This document shows, piece by piece, positions 32,241 to 45,133 of a stretch of DNA of 64,000 nt; the first letter of the stretch is position 1, and the number at the start of each line of letters is the position of its first letter. Source of the stretch: Octopus bimaculoides. Taxonomy: Eukaryota. A program made the position numbers and the translations under genes. Location of the stretch: positions 174,597,727 to 174,661,726 of the forward strand of contig NC_068982.1 of NCBI RefSeq assembly GCF_001194135.2, read 5' to 3'. The notes under the pieces are model-generated. The model was not told where the DNA came from. It did not search any database and worked only from the letters and a program-made list of their open reading frames with translations.

Positions 32241-34970
32241 CTACATCTTTCCTATGTATAGAGCATGGCTGCTTCATCCCACATCTTCCTGGGTCTCCCT
32301 CTTCCAAAGTTCCATCTATTTTGAGCATCTTTATACAGCTACTATTTTTCATAAGCATCATATACTCATACTAGTGCAGTCTTCTCTCTCATGCATTACA
32401 TCTGATTCTGCTTATTCCTAGTTTTCCTTAGTCTGTTTGTACCCCATCATTCATGCATGTTGACATCACACAACCTGCAGAGAATGTTTGCTTCATTTTT
32501 TTCCTTAGTCTTCTTGTGTCCTCTGCATTCAGTGTTAATGTCTCATTACCATGTTGCATTGCAGTTCATACACAAGACTCATACAATTTGCCTTTCACTC
32601 TGAAAGAAATCCTTTGTTACTGATGAAGCTTCCTGAAATTTCTCCAGTCTGTTCTTACTGGGGCTACTATACTTTCAGGACCTTATCTTCCTCTGCAAAT
32701 TAGTTCACTTAGATAACAGAAATTATTAACCACTTCAAGGAAGCCTTCTGGGCATTTGAGAGAATCTATTTCCCAAATGCTCTTAGCATTTATAGTCCTT
32801 GTGCATCTGTCACATACAAAATTTGCTTTCTCTGTTTGCCTGCCTGCAATTCCACTGCATTTCTTGTGTTTCCATTGTTTGCAACGGGTACATCATGTGA
32901 AATTCCTCCCTACTCCTTTTCTGCCTATCAACTAAGGCCATTTCCCTGATGAAAGCAGGGTCCCTATATATTAATACTTTTGTCTTTGTTAAGTTTTCAT
33001 TGAGGCCTCTTGATTCTTGGTTTTGTTTCTATCTTCTCTGATTCTATTATAGATTCATCATCATCATCATCATATAGGGAACTCTACAGGTAGCTAGTCT
33101 TAAACTCCTTTATGACCTGAAGGACTATTACAGGTGAAAAAAGACTGGAACTGGAGCCTTGATGAACCTCTGTCTGCACAATAAATTCAATATTGTACTC
33201 ATTGCTGACTCTCACCTTGCTGACCACATCTTTCTACATGGCTTGTATAGCTGTCTTAAACCATTTGTTTACCTCTAGTTTCATTAGCAACTACCAGGTC
33301 ACAGAGCAAGGGCCTCTATTGAAGGTTTTCTCCGTGTTGGCAAATACTAGATACAGTTGCTTACTCTTAGCTAAGTGCTTCTACAGTTGTCTATCTAAGA
33401 AGATGGCATCTGTTGTACATCTTCCTAACAAATCTGAGCTGCATGTTATCTAGGCTAAATCTCTTTCTAATCAATTGAGCTATAACTTGTTTTGTAACAT
33501 TCATAACTTGGTCCAACAATCGTGTACCTCTGTAATTACCTTTTTCTCGCACATCTCCATTGGCCTTGGAGTAGCTGACAAGGCTGCTGTACCAGCCGTC
33601 TTTATATGATACATTTCTGTACTACCTGGTTGATTATGCAGGTGACCAGTCTGTAACCTGCTCGACTTGGAGTAGAAAACTTCTTTGCCATTATATCCTT
33701 AATTTCCCCCTCTTTTATATTGCTGTCAACTTGAATGGCTGGTTCATCAATCGGATCTATTGTGGGAAGACTCTCCCATTCTCTCATTCTTAACATTTAA
33801 CAGCTTCTCATTAAAGCACTTTTATGCCTCTTTCTTTTCAGTGTGTGTAAGTCCAAGTATGCTGCTATCCATCGTTATACACTTCTCTCCTTTGACATCA
33901 CAGTTTTTTCTAGTACACAGCTGTGCAATCTAGAGGGCCTCATACCCGATTCTCATGTAGTAGAACATTGGCAAACCTCTTACTTTCTGCTTTTCAGTTT
34001 GCTAAGTACACCTGATAATAACTTCACTTTTAACTATTTGATATGACTCTCTGCTGCTCCCTTTCTTCCAATATTTCTAGGCCTGTGTTGTAGCTTCTAT
34101 GATTCTATCTACAGTGCTATTCCACCACTAAGTCATGCTAGGACCTTGCCCCAGCTCTGTGGCTAGGGCAAGACCCTAACTTTAAGCAAGTTGTCCCATA
34201 GCAACTCCTAGTTGTCCTCTGCACATTAAGTCTTCATCTTGTTTGTTGGATCTTTCAGCTTCCATATCTTCTCTCTCCTAACCAGTTTGTATCTCTGAGT
34301 CTATCTAACTCTTACACTGATGTCACTGATCACTAACCTATGTTGGGTGGGAGATTCACAACCATCTATCTTTCTTATTTCCTGAAAGGATTGAAATGTA
34401 CCTGGCTCTTACATTTGCTAGGAGGAGATCAGGTGGCTGGCTGGCTTCCTAAAGTCCATGTTACAAATGATCAATCACTAGCATAACAGATTTCCAGGAA
34501 CCTTTTCTCATCCCCTCTTTCACCAAACCAAAGCCATAACCTCCCTGCATGCATGCATGCATGAAATCCATCCGAGTGCTGCCCAACATGTCTGTTGAGG
34601 TCTTTGTTGTAGTCCTCATGAGGGTCTCATAGAACTAGTCTTCCTGTTCATCTGCTGATCCAATGTGGTGCATGTGCAGAAATGTTATTGTCACGTTATC
34701 CAGGACTAAACTGAATTATCCTAACAAACACTCTGGCTACTTTGAATACTTTACCTACTTCTGTACCATGTCTCCTCCATCCATACTGTTGCTGCTACCC
34801 ACACATAGAACTTGTTTCTTTGCTCTTTATTTCTAAGGAGCCTGGCTGAGGCTCTTCTCCATCTAAATTCTTGTACACAGCTCATATCCACACACCTCTG
34901 CTCTACCCCCTCAACAATCTTTCTGGACCTACCTTCCATTGTGTCTGTAATAATGGCAGCTCTAAAGTTA
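32240..34970 (-). mobile_element. Near full-length decayed RTE LINE ORF2 (APE endonuclease, RT, Cys-rich insert, C-terminus)
   Basis: EGRSRKIVE.VEQRCVDMSCVQEFRWR (EN), DLNRHVGQHSDGFH, WWNSTVDR, CTTDAIF, VHQGS, SGKWP...CTRC..WKHKKC..FVCDRC, VKGKLYESCV.TAMQHGNET; many stops and frameshifts. Confidence 0.85.
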
Positions 34971-35746
34971 TGGACTTGACAGAAAGAGTAGATGGGTAGT
35001 TTTAGATTCGTTTACAACCCATGAAAGGAGAAAGTTGGTGCAAATATCTGACAGCAAACAGGGAGGGGGGACACACACACACATGTTTGTATGAGTACAT
35101 ACATCCTCACAAATATCTATCCAGCTAGCTTGTCAGCCATTCTTCCTTCCTTACACAGTATAATTGAATTTGGGTGTTATACATTTTATTGTGACGGCTA
35201 ATCTGGGATTGACCTGTAGATATGTGTTTACATATTTTAAACCAGCTGTTTTTATTCTTTTTCTTCATAGATATACAGTTATAATAATCAGGTAACTTGA
35301 AAGCTAAGTAAAGAACGGTAGATCCTATATATATATATATAATGCACGTACATACAAACACATGTATATTACCTGTATGTATGTCTGTGTGTATGCATGT
35401 GTGCATGCTTCACCATCCAGTCTTTTGCAAATAGTTTCTGTTTGAATCACATAATTCAATATGTTGTTCCTGGTCAAGTCTGTAAGGTGTGATTTTAGAC
35501 AGATTTTTGCTGCTATTTCTAACCCTGTAGAGTCAAACAACCCTATAGAGTAGGCATGGCAAACATGTGGCACTTGGACTGCATGCAGGTCGTTATGACT
35601 TCCTGTAATTTTGTAACTTAATCCCTTTAATATATTTTTTATGATTCACTTACTAAGATATATTTTTGTTATTATTTTGCCCTGATTTATGATGAACAGT
35701 ATCTCTGTTAAGCCTGCTGATATAAAAAGGTTGTCGTAGAGGTTAC

Positions 35747-35798
35747 CTTGTTGATTTGTCATCATTCAGTTTGCTGTCAAAGTTTTTGTTAAGTGACT
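35747..35798 (-). CDS. Candidate small exon (xSLNKNFDSKLNDDKSTx)
   Basis: Strong pyrimidine-rich TTTTCTTTTCAG acceptor and CAAG|GTAACC donor; 52 nt, phase 1 to 2; only one frame is open. Confidence 0.3.
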
Positions 35799-38485
35799 CT
35801 GAAAAGAAAAAAATATTAAAAGGTATAGCTTGGCCCTTACACTTCCTTCCCATTCAAACTAATTAAAATAAAAACTTATATTAGGAATATATCTTTGTAT
35901 GCAAACACACACACACATATATATGTGTATATATATATAGCCTATATAAACGTGTGTGAAGGCAGATAGGTATAGAAATAATAAGTAAAGTGGGAGGGGA
36001 TCCACAAGAATAGCTTATCTCTGAATAACTGTTGCTATGTCTTGGTGAAAAGAGCATATTTTTCTTTTGACAATTTCTGTTTTTTCTTTTTAAATATTTT
36101 AAAACTTTCTGTGTTTGTATTTCTATATTTATATTTCGTCATCGTTTTTCGTTTGTTTTTCCATGTTGGCATGGCTTGACTTGGTTGTCACACTCCATGT
36201 CACATGCAACAAAAGAAAAACTGGGCATCTCACAGTGTTTTGTTAGAGAGTTAGTTCCATCAGTTTTTACTCGGAATTACTGCCCCTCTAGATGGGTACT
36301 CTGTGATATGGCTTATGAAGTCCACATCTTGCTCATACAGTCTGTTTTGGCATGTTCTCAATGACTGGCCACCCTTTCTATTATCAACTGCTTTAAAGTG
36401 TATGGGATACATTTTATTATGTCACCAGTGCTAGAGAGTTTGCCATATGAAGAGGACTGATCCTATCCTGGATCAGTTCTTATTCAGGCTTGCGGAGTCC
36501 ACATTTTGCTTATGCATTTTATTTTGGCATATATCATCGTCATAAATAAATGTACATATTTATAAACTGACATATGTGAACATATGCATACATATGTGAG
36601 TATGTGTATTTCTTGTTAACTTACGCGGCAACACTTGGCAGTAGTAGATTGGCAGGATCATTAGGTATTGGAAATGCCCAGGTTATCAATTACAGCTCTT
36701 TACTACAGGCCCAATTTTGCATTTCACCCTTCCAGTGTCAGTTAACTACTGGTCACGTACTGGAGTCAGTTTAATAATTTGCCTGTAAAAGCATCCTAAG
36801 TGTGAATGGTATTGCAATAGAAGACTAACACTTTACTTAAAATTAGAAACAAAAAAACTTACAAAAACAACAAACAAAACTAAAACATATTTCTCATAAG
36901 TCCAACCCGTACCAGTATGGAAAATGGTGATGATGATGAAGAGGCAGAGTGGGTTATACTTCTTTATATAGTTTAGTGATCAAGATTTATGACATTGGCA
37001 GAGGAATATAGATTAGTCTTAGTCATGGAAGAAGTACAGTTCATGACTCCTGATACTTATATTGCTTTCAAATTTTAACACAAAGTCAGCAACTTTGCGG
37101 GAGGGTGTGAATCAACTGGTACTTAATTTATCAACCCAGAAAGGATGAACGGCAAAGTCAACTTCAGTGGAATTTGAACTGAGAATGTAATGACAGATGA
37201 AATGCTGTCCAGCATGCTAAAGATCCTGCTAGTTTGCTGCCTTTCCTGATACTTATATTAACAATTAATTAGACAGGGTCTGGGTTAAAACAGAAATAAT
37301 GATTTCTAACATAGGCATGAAGACGGAGGAGTATTTGGCAGGGGGTGTGGGATAATCAGTCCTAATACTTCACTGATATAGTCTTGATCTACTTTTATTG
37401 ATCCATGTAGATTTTAAAAGTTAAAGACAACTCAAGTTTATTCCTGTGATTTAAGACTGGATCAACCTCAGGTAACCAAACTTATAATCAAAGCATGCCA
37501 TCCTATCTTTTTCCTAGGTATAATGTGTCTTGCACATTATCTGAAATGGCTTTTTTTCTTTTCTATTTTTTTTCTTTTAAGATGATCTAGTGTAATATGA
37601 GGAAGATTTTGGTTGTTATTTCTTGCCCCTTCAGTGGATCATAACTCAACTAGTTGGACCTCTTGTATGTGTCATATCAACTTCCAACCTCTCTAGAAGG
37701 ATGAAACAAATTCTTGCCTAGTAGTGTTTTGAACTCTGGGTGCAAGGTTAAGCCCTAGGTCAGCCTTCATCTAGCATAGACCATCTTTGTATTTCCAGAT
37801 TATGTTGGACAGATGTCATTCCATTATTTAAGATGGTGAGGTGTGTGGAAACAAACCAAGTTAACACACAGTCTCACTTGTCTGACACCCTCCTAATACT
37901 TCTGCTACCCTCTAACGATAATAACAATGATGTCTCATATAAGCACAAGGCCACATATTTGTAAGGAACAGTTTTTTATTCTTTTGTAATGAGTTATAAG
38001 ACTGGTAACTCAATACAGTTTTATCAACCCTGAGAAAATTAAAAGCTATGCCAACCTGGGTGGGATTTGAAGTTAGAATGTAGAGTTAGGAAATTAAATA
38101 CCATAAATCATTTAGTCTGGCATTCTACTGTTTCTGCTACATCACTAGGAACATCAGAATCATCATCATCATTTTGTATGAGGGTATATATTTACTTTAG
38201 GGCAGTGTGTAAATGGTTCAGCCTTCAGGATTGAATTGTTACTTATTTAATTGATCCAGGAGGGAATAAAATGTAAACTAAAACCCTGAAAGGATTTGAA
38301 GTAAAAAAGAAATGTATTGTATATCTAAATGTCTTGGAGCGTTTAGTTTGAATTCCTGCTATTCTTGGTACTGGAGAAGAGTAATGTGAAACTGCAATGT
38401 TTCCCTTGGGACTAATCGATCACCTTTTTTTGTTTGTAACTCTTTTGATATTAAAGAAAAATATGAAATGTTTAACTGTCGTGTT

Positions 38486-38531
<46 letters not shown>

Positions 38532-39224
38532 NNNNNNNNNNNNNNNNNNNNNNNNNNNNNNNNNNNNNNNNNNNNNNNNNNNNNNNNNNNNNNNNNNNNN
38601 NNNNNNNNNNNNNNNNNNNNNNNNNNNNNNNNNNNNNNNNNNNNNNNNNNNNNNNNNNNNNNNNNNNNNNNNNNNNNNNNNNNNNNNNNNNNNNNNNNNN
38701 NNNNNNNNNNNNNNNNNNNNNNNNNNNNNNNNNNNNNNNNNNNNNNNNNNNNNNNNNNNNNNNNNNNNNNNNNNNNNNNNNNNNNNNNNNNNNNNNNNNN
38801 NNNNNNNNNNNNNNNNNNNNNNNNNNNNNNNNNNNNNNNNNNNNNNNNNNNNNNNNNNNNNNNNNNNNNNNNNNNNNNNNNNNNNNNNNNNNNNNNNNNN
38901 NNNNNNNNNNNNNNNNNNNNNNNNNNNNNNNNNNNNNNNNNNNNNNNNNNNNNNNNNNNNNNNNNNNNNNNNNNNNNNNNNNNNNNNNNNNNNNNNNNNN
39001 NNNNNNNNNNNNNNNNNNNNNNNNNNNNNNNNNNNNNNNNNNNNNNNNNNNNNNNNNNNNNNNNNNNNNNNNNNNNNNNNNNNNNNNNNNNNNNNNNNNN
39101 NNNNNNNNNNNNNNNNNNNNNNNNNNNNNNNNNNNNNNNNNNNNNNNNNNNNNNNNNNNNNNNNNNNNNNNNNNNNNNNNNNNNNNNNNNNNNNNNNNNN
39201 NNNNNNNNNNNNNNNNNNNNNNNN
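38532..39224. other. Assembly gap (693 N) inside a (CT)n microsatellite
   Basis: Run of N flanked by (CT)n on both sides. Confidence 1.
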
Positions 39225-40450
39225 NTCTCTCTCTCTCTCTCTCGCTCTTTCTCTCTCTCTTTCTCTCTCTCTCCCCAGTCCGAACGTTTGTTTGCCTTCC
39301 TGTCTCCTTTTTACCTGTTTAGGAATCTGTCAGTTTTTCCTTCGTCATTCTCTATGTCAAATGTGTGTACCTTATGTCAATTGTTCAGTAAGCAAGCAGT
39401 CGCAGTCGGCCAGCCAGTAACCTGGCTGCCATCTCATCAACTTTAGTCTCTCATACATACCCGTACACGTCTGCACTCTCTCGTACGCACGCGCACACAT
39501 ACCCATACCGCCCGCTTCTAGCATTATATATTAAAAAAAAATACATCCTTCAAATTCATGCAATAAGTAACCGAAGGCAGCCTCTACGTGGTCGCTCGAC
39601 GTACTACAAACCGCAGACAAATCTTCTAAATACATATTACTGTCTTAAAACATGAAAAACATTGGATAATCTATCTAAGAAAAGAAAAATAGACGAGATG
39701 CTCATAGCTGGAACGTCATTCTTCATAAGTCTGCTTGATCACTGCTGACCCGTGGCTAAACAACAACAAAACAGCTAATCACATAAATGTCGCTTAACAA
39801 CAAAGATAGATAAGATAAAAACAAAAGTAAAAAATCCAGACATTATTCAAAAGATAATAACTTCGTTGACACCGTAATTATTAGTCGAACATGTACCTGT
39901 CACTCTTTTATTGTAATCCGTAAACTTTGAACCTTCTTACAGCAGAGAAAACAATCATTGTTTAGCCCCAGGTCGGTGGTGTCCGGACAGGCCTATGACC
40001 ATCTTGATAGACGTAGAGCATCAGGCGTGATTTGACAGATTTTATTGCTGTTATTTCTAGCAGGCCAATTCATACTCAGCTATCTGGGGTTGACAGGCCT
40101 GAACGAATCTCATTGCAGCTCTACGTAAATATGATTTTCTTCCTTGAATGAAAAGGATAATGGATAAATGAGATGATTAATGGTGGGTCTATTTTAATTA
40201 TTGAAGGAATTCATCGGTCGAGATCCTGCTTACGTCTCTGGGCCTACCGAGCCCCATGTTATCCGTGATCGATCCTACGTATGACCAAAGGTATTCCAGC
40301 CATTATCGTCTTGTCGTATTTTTATGAATCATGTCTTCGGGGTTACATTGACCCCGTAGAAGAATTACATGTGGAGGGAGGGGCTTGCCCGCATGCAGAT
40401 TCAAAACCTCACGCTGATGAACTTAAAAAAATAAAAGCATAAAAAAGACA
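39225..40450. promoter_or_regulatory. CpG-retaining promoter-like island
   Basis: CpG-rich unique sequence after (CT)n; possible + donor TCA|GTAAGC at 39387/39388; embedded family D repeats keep their CpGs. Confidence 0.4.
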
Positions 40451-40784
40451 GATGTTTAAGCCCATCCAACTAAAACGACAAGTTGCATACCTATGAATTT
40501 GTTACATAAAATATCCATCAATTTTCTCATCATGCTGTTCGCCCCTAGTACTAAAAAGTTCTCTATCCCTGTCATAAAGACAATTCCAGTTTTTAGGCTT
40601 AAGCTAAACAGGCTTGCACTGCTTAGAACAATGTTTCTCAACCACTTGTTGCCTAGGGACCCTTCTGATCCCTATTTTTTTTTACTGGACCTTCATAGCT
40701 ATTTAATGAGAGAGAGAGAGAAGATGAATATAAAGTCCTGCTGTATTCTTTGTAATCAAATATTATTAGGAAATATTTTAAAAC

Positions 40785-41164
40785 TTTTACTTGTTTCAGT
40801 CATTATACTGCGACCATGCTGGGGCACTGTTGCTTTGAAGAATTTCTAGTCAAATGTATCGACCCCAGTACTTATTTTTTTAAAGCCTGGTACTTTTTCT
40901 ATCTGTCTCTTTTGTCGAGCCACTATGTTATGGGGCCATAAATACACCAGCACCAGTGGTGGGGAGACGCACACTTCATCATCATCATCGTCGTGTAACG
41001 TCCGCTTTCCATGCTAGCATGGGTTGAACGATTTGACTGAGGATTGGTGAAACCAGATGGCTACACCAGGCTCCAATCTGATTTGGCAGAGTTTCTACAG
41101 CTGGATGCCCTTCCTAACGCCAACCACTCAGAGTGTAGTGGGTGCTTTTACGTGCCACCGGCAC

Positions 41165-41197
<33 letters not shown>

Positions 41198-41345
41198 TGC
41201 ATATACAACGGGCTTCTTTCAGTTTCCATCTACCAAATCCATTCACAAGGCTTTGCTCAGCCCCTTGCTATAGTAGAAGACTCTTGCCCAAGGTGACACA
41301 CAGTGGGACTGAAGTCAGAACCACATGGTTAGTATGCAGACTTCT
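40785..41345 (-). mobile_element. SINE A interrupted by repeat B (40975-41162) in its central microsatellite
   Basis: A 3' part 40785-40972, B with (CAT)n on +, then (TA)(CA)n and the A 5' half. Confidence 0.8.
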
Positions 41346-41409
41346 TATTTTGTGTATTATTTAAATATAAACAATTTATTGCACAAAAATTTTAACAGAA
41401 TCTTATATG

Positions 41410-41449
41410 GATCCCCGAGGGCCATATGGACCCTGGTTGAGAACCACTA
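41410..41449. mobile_element. Solo hAT-like terminus
   Basis: GGACCCTGGTTGAGAACCACT resembles the right end of Charlie-type hAT MITEs and the TIR at 8857; no partner TIR found. Confidence 0.4.
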
Positions 41450-44400
41450 GCTTAGAGCCCCGCAATCCGTAGAGACTCCAAATAAATAAAAAGCATATTT
41501 TCGTTTTATGTGAGACTTTCTGGTGCCATTTTTTGACAACTGCATGGTTAATAGAAATATAAAGTGTAGTGCGTTCAGTTAAGGTATTTTAAATGAGACA
41601 TTGCTTCCTACATTTTTTTTTTTATTTCAAGGTGTGATCATGGACTGAAACAATTTATTTTATTTATCTTAATCATATAGGATTATTATATCATTATCAT
41701 TAAAAATAGAAGAAATTGTGAAAAATCTGATGTTGATTATTTATGTAAAAGCATGAGTCATTTATCTTCCTACTGTATCAGACTGGTTTACAAAATAAGA
41801 TGATTACTTTAGTGGGTGTTTTTAATATAGCAGTTTCAATATGCTGAGTTAACAAAGTCTGCACATCCTTTCTAAATTTACTTATCTAATTTTAAAATAT
41901 AACTGCCTACTTAGGCGACATCCAGTTCCATTATTTAAACAGGTGTGCGAGTGTGAAAGAGAAGTTTGTGAGTTAGGGGTAAGTTCAAATAATGTATATC
42001 GAAGATGTGACGATTTGGGGATGTCCTTCCGTATGTGAGTAAGAAAACTTTTCAGTGCTTGAAATCTTTTTTTTTACTCTGACTCACATGAAAGAACAGT
42101 CCCAAATTATCAGATTCTTTTACTTCCTTTGGTATTCCACTTGTCCAGAACTAACTAATTTCACTTAGTAATTTTTGTTGACACAGGTCACCTTCATTGT
42201 GTTCTACTTCTGTGTATATTAGGCTTGAAGGTTCTTATTTAGTCTTGGTCAATTCTATTGAATAAACCTGTAATAAAAAGTATTTCCAGCCTGTTCACCT
42301 CATTTTATTTTCAGCGAAATCCTATACAGGACTACACTGACACAGCCATGGTGATGTGGTTTAAAAGTTTGATTTGTAACAATGTGGTTTCACGATCAAT
42401 TCCGCTGCACAGCACTTGAGGCAAATGTTTTCTGTGATAGACTCAGATCAACTAATGCATTATGAATGAAATTTGGTAAACAAAAACTGTATTGACACCC
42501 TTTTGTTTGGGTGGTTAACTTGTTCCATTACCAGCACCTGGCCCTTGTCTTTCGCAGAAAGCACTCCGCAAATAGGCCAGTACTCTGGTGTGTGTAGAAC
42601 TTACCCTTTCCTGCTACCACCCTCAGAGCTCCTGTGAATATTCAGGAGCACCGCTCTTCTTTGACTAAACCTTCCATCCAGTAGGAGGTGATTTGAGGGG
42701 GCTGCTGCTAGCATTTCGAATGACCACATAATACGGTTCGTATGTTTGAGCATATGATAAATAATGGGATGCTATGTAACCCTGACATGTGTTATAGTAG
42801 TAGTAGTGGTGGTGGTGGTTGTGATTGGGTAGGAATGATGATGATGGTGGTAATAGTAGTATATACTGATATAAGGGATATTTATGTAATGTTACACTCA
42901 CTCTTTTTCTCACACCCAAGGACATATGTATGGTTTTTATATTTTTATCAGTAATCAATATGCACTTGCTGTGAAGTGTTCATAGTTTGATGTGTATGTA
43001 TGTAGATAACTGTGACGACACCATTAAATCTATACCCTTGTTTCAATTGGATAATTCAATAAATAGCCACAGATGGGTAATGTGTGGAAAGCCTGCCTTT
43101 CTCCAGCTATAAACATGGTGGAGAGATTTGAACTCAGTAGTACCGCAACCTAATGAAACAGCCATCAGTTATACAGTGCTACTACTGCTGTACTGCTGCA
43201 TCCAGTGGTAAGCTGTGTCTCCTACAGTACCTATTTATAGCTACTTAGAATAAGTCATTGAGAATTAGTTGTCATGGATGCATGTGAGAGAATATAGACT
43301 GTGGTCCAAATATCCATTAAGTCAATATCTAATCAATTTTCCCTTCTGCAAGGTCTGACAAGATAATGATGCACATGTCCACTGGTTTGTCTTATGGCTC
43401 ATTACACTTCGTGTGGCATTATTTTTATCCTCTCTGCTAATCATTTTTATAACCCAACTTTCAGATTTGTCAGTCATCTATAGTCATGTGTCTCCAAACT
43501 TTGTCCCATTGTGTGGAATCTTGAGCAGTGTCTTTTATTGTGATCTTGACATGACCCCTAGTCTTGTAAGTGAAGTTGAATTGATGGAAATTTGCAGAAT
43601 TCCATGGGCCTGTACTCATTCTTGAATGGTGGTAGACCTAATTCATTGCCCAGTTTAACACCATTATCTGGCCCTTGGATACCTTTAGTAGAATCTGCTC
43701 AGTTGTAAAAATCTAAATCAGGTCTTTTGTTAGAAGATTAATTGGTGTACTGCTTCCTATCCAAAGAACGTTTCTTAATTCTTTTCCCTCTCACTAACCT
43801 TGAAGGCCATCCTAAGGTCATGTTTGATGTTTTTCCTTCTCTGACTTAGCCACAACAGAATATTTTTTTTACTGATCTGAAAAATGTTTCATTTACATTT
43901 TGAGTTACTTCAATTGAATTTATTGTTTGTCTGATGATAAAAAGAGAGTAATTATTTACACTGTAAAGTAATTTTTATATATTTTACTATTATTCTGTCT
44001 TGTTTGTCTCCTGTGTTGTTTATGTGATATTATTCTTTAACCATAGTGTTCCGCTTTGCATATATGGACACGTGTTAGAAGAATGAGATAAATATTGGTT
44101 TCATTCAGTTAATGCTTTCAAAATATGATGACAAGCAAGATGAAACATATTATATATAAAGATAAATAGAATATTTATTGGCAACATATTTTTGATATTT
44201 TTGTAACTTTTCTATAATTGTAACATTATTGTTTTTTTTTTTTACATTGTGGTTACCAAAGGTGGAGATCACATGACTACCATAAAGTTAATAAATGCCA
44301 TGATAAGTATAGTAAAATCAATATTTACTGAAGAATTATATTTTCTAATAAGCACACACTTTGGTCTCTGAGCTAATTTTTAGTTTAACTTTACTTTCTG

Positions 44401-44926
44401 GTCATAGTTGTGGTTGTCATTGTGTGAAAACTGCATATAAGATGATAATGTTTGATTTTCATATAAAAATTTACCTTAATCTGGATATTACCAACTTTTC
44501 TTTGCCAAGCTGATTTCTCCTCAACACACTACATGAAAATGTGACAACATATAAGAGTGAAAAAACATAAACGTAAACATCTCCCCTGAAGGACTTTGAG
44601 AGCCAGTACTTAATTCTGATTTTATAATGTGAAGCAAATAAAATGTGAATCTCCTATGATAGGATATCACAAGTAACATTTCCAGGTGATCTAATGATTA
44701 TTCCCATGGTGTTGAGGTCCAGACATTATCAAGTATGGAAGATCTCAATGAATTGAATTTTAGTGCAAAGGGTTTTGTTGAAAATATTGTTAATGAATTA
44801 GTAATTAGCTCACATAAAAAAAGTTAAGTGTGTAGGTTAAACATATGTTTTTGTTCTGTAAAACATAATGTTTCTAACTATGTCAGTATTGCTTTACATT
44901 TTTGGTTAAGTCTGACATGAATGGCT

Positions 44927-44970
<44 letters not shown>

Positions 44971-45133
44971 AGTTTGGTTTCCTGTATTATTTTCTGCAAA
45001 TAGTATTAATATCTTACTAATTCAGTTTACTGGTAAGTTTAATTTCAGCAATTATATCTGATCTGTTACTACAAAAATACCAGGAATTCAGCTATCTTCC
45101 AGTTTTCCATAAAGGAAAAACTATATATATATA

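Noticed and set aside
44929-44969. 41-nt poly(T) as a retrocopy tail
   Set aside because: No polyadenylation signal, TSD or recognisable body next to it
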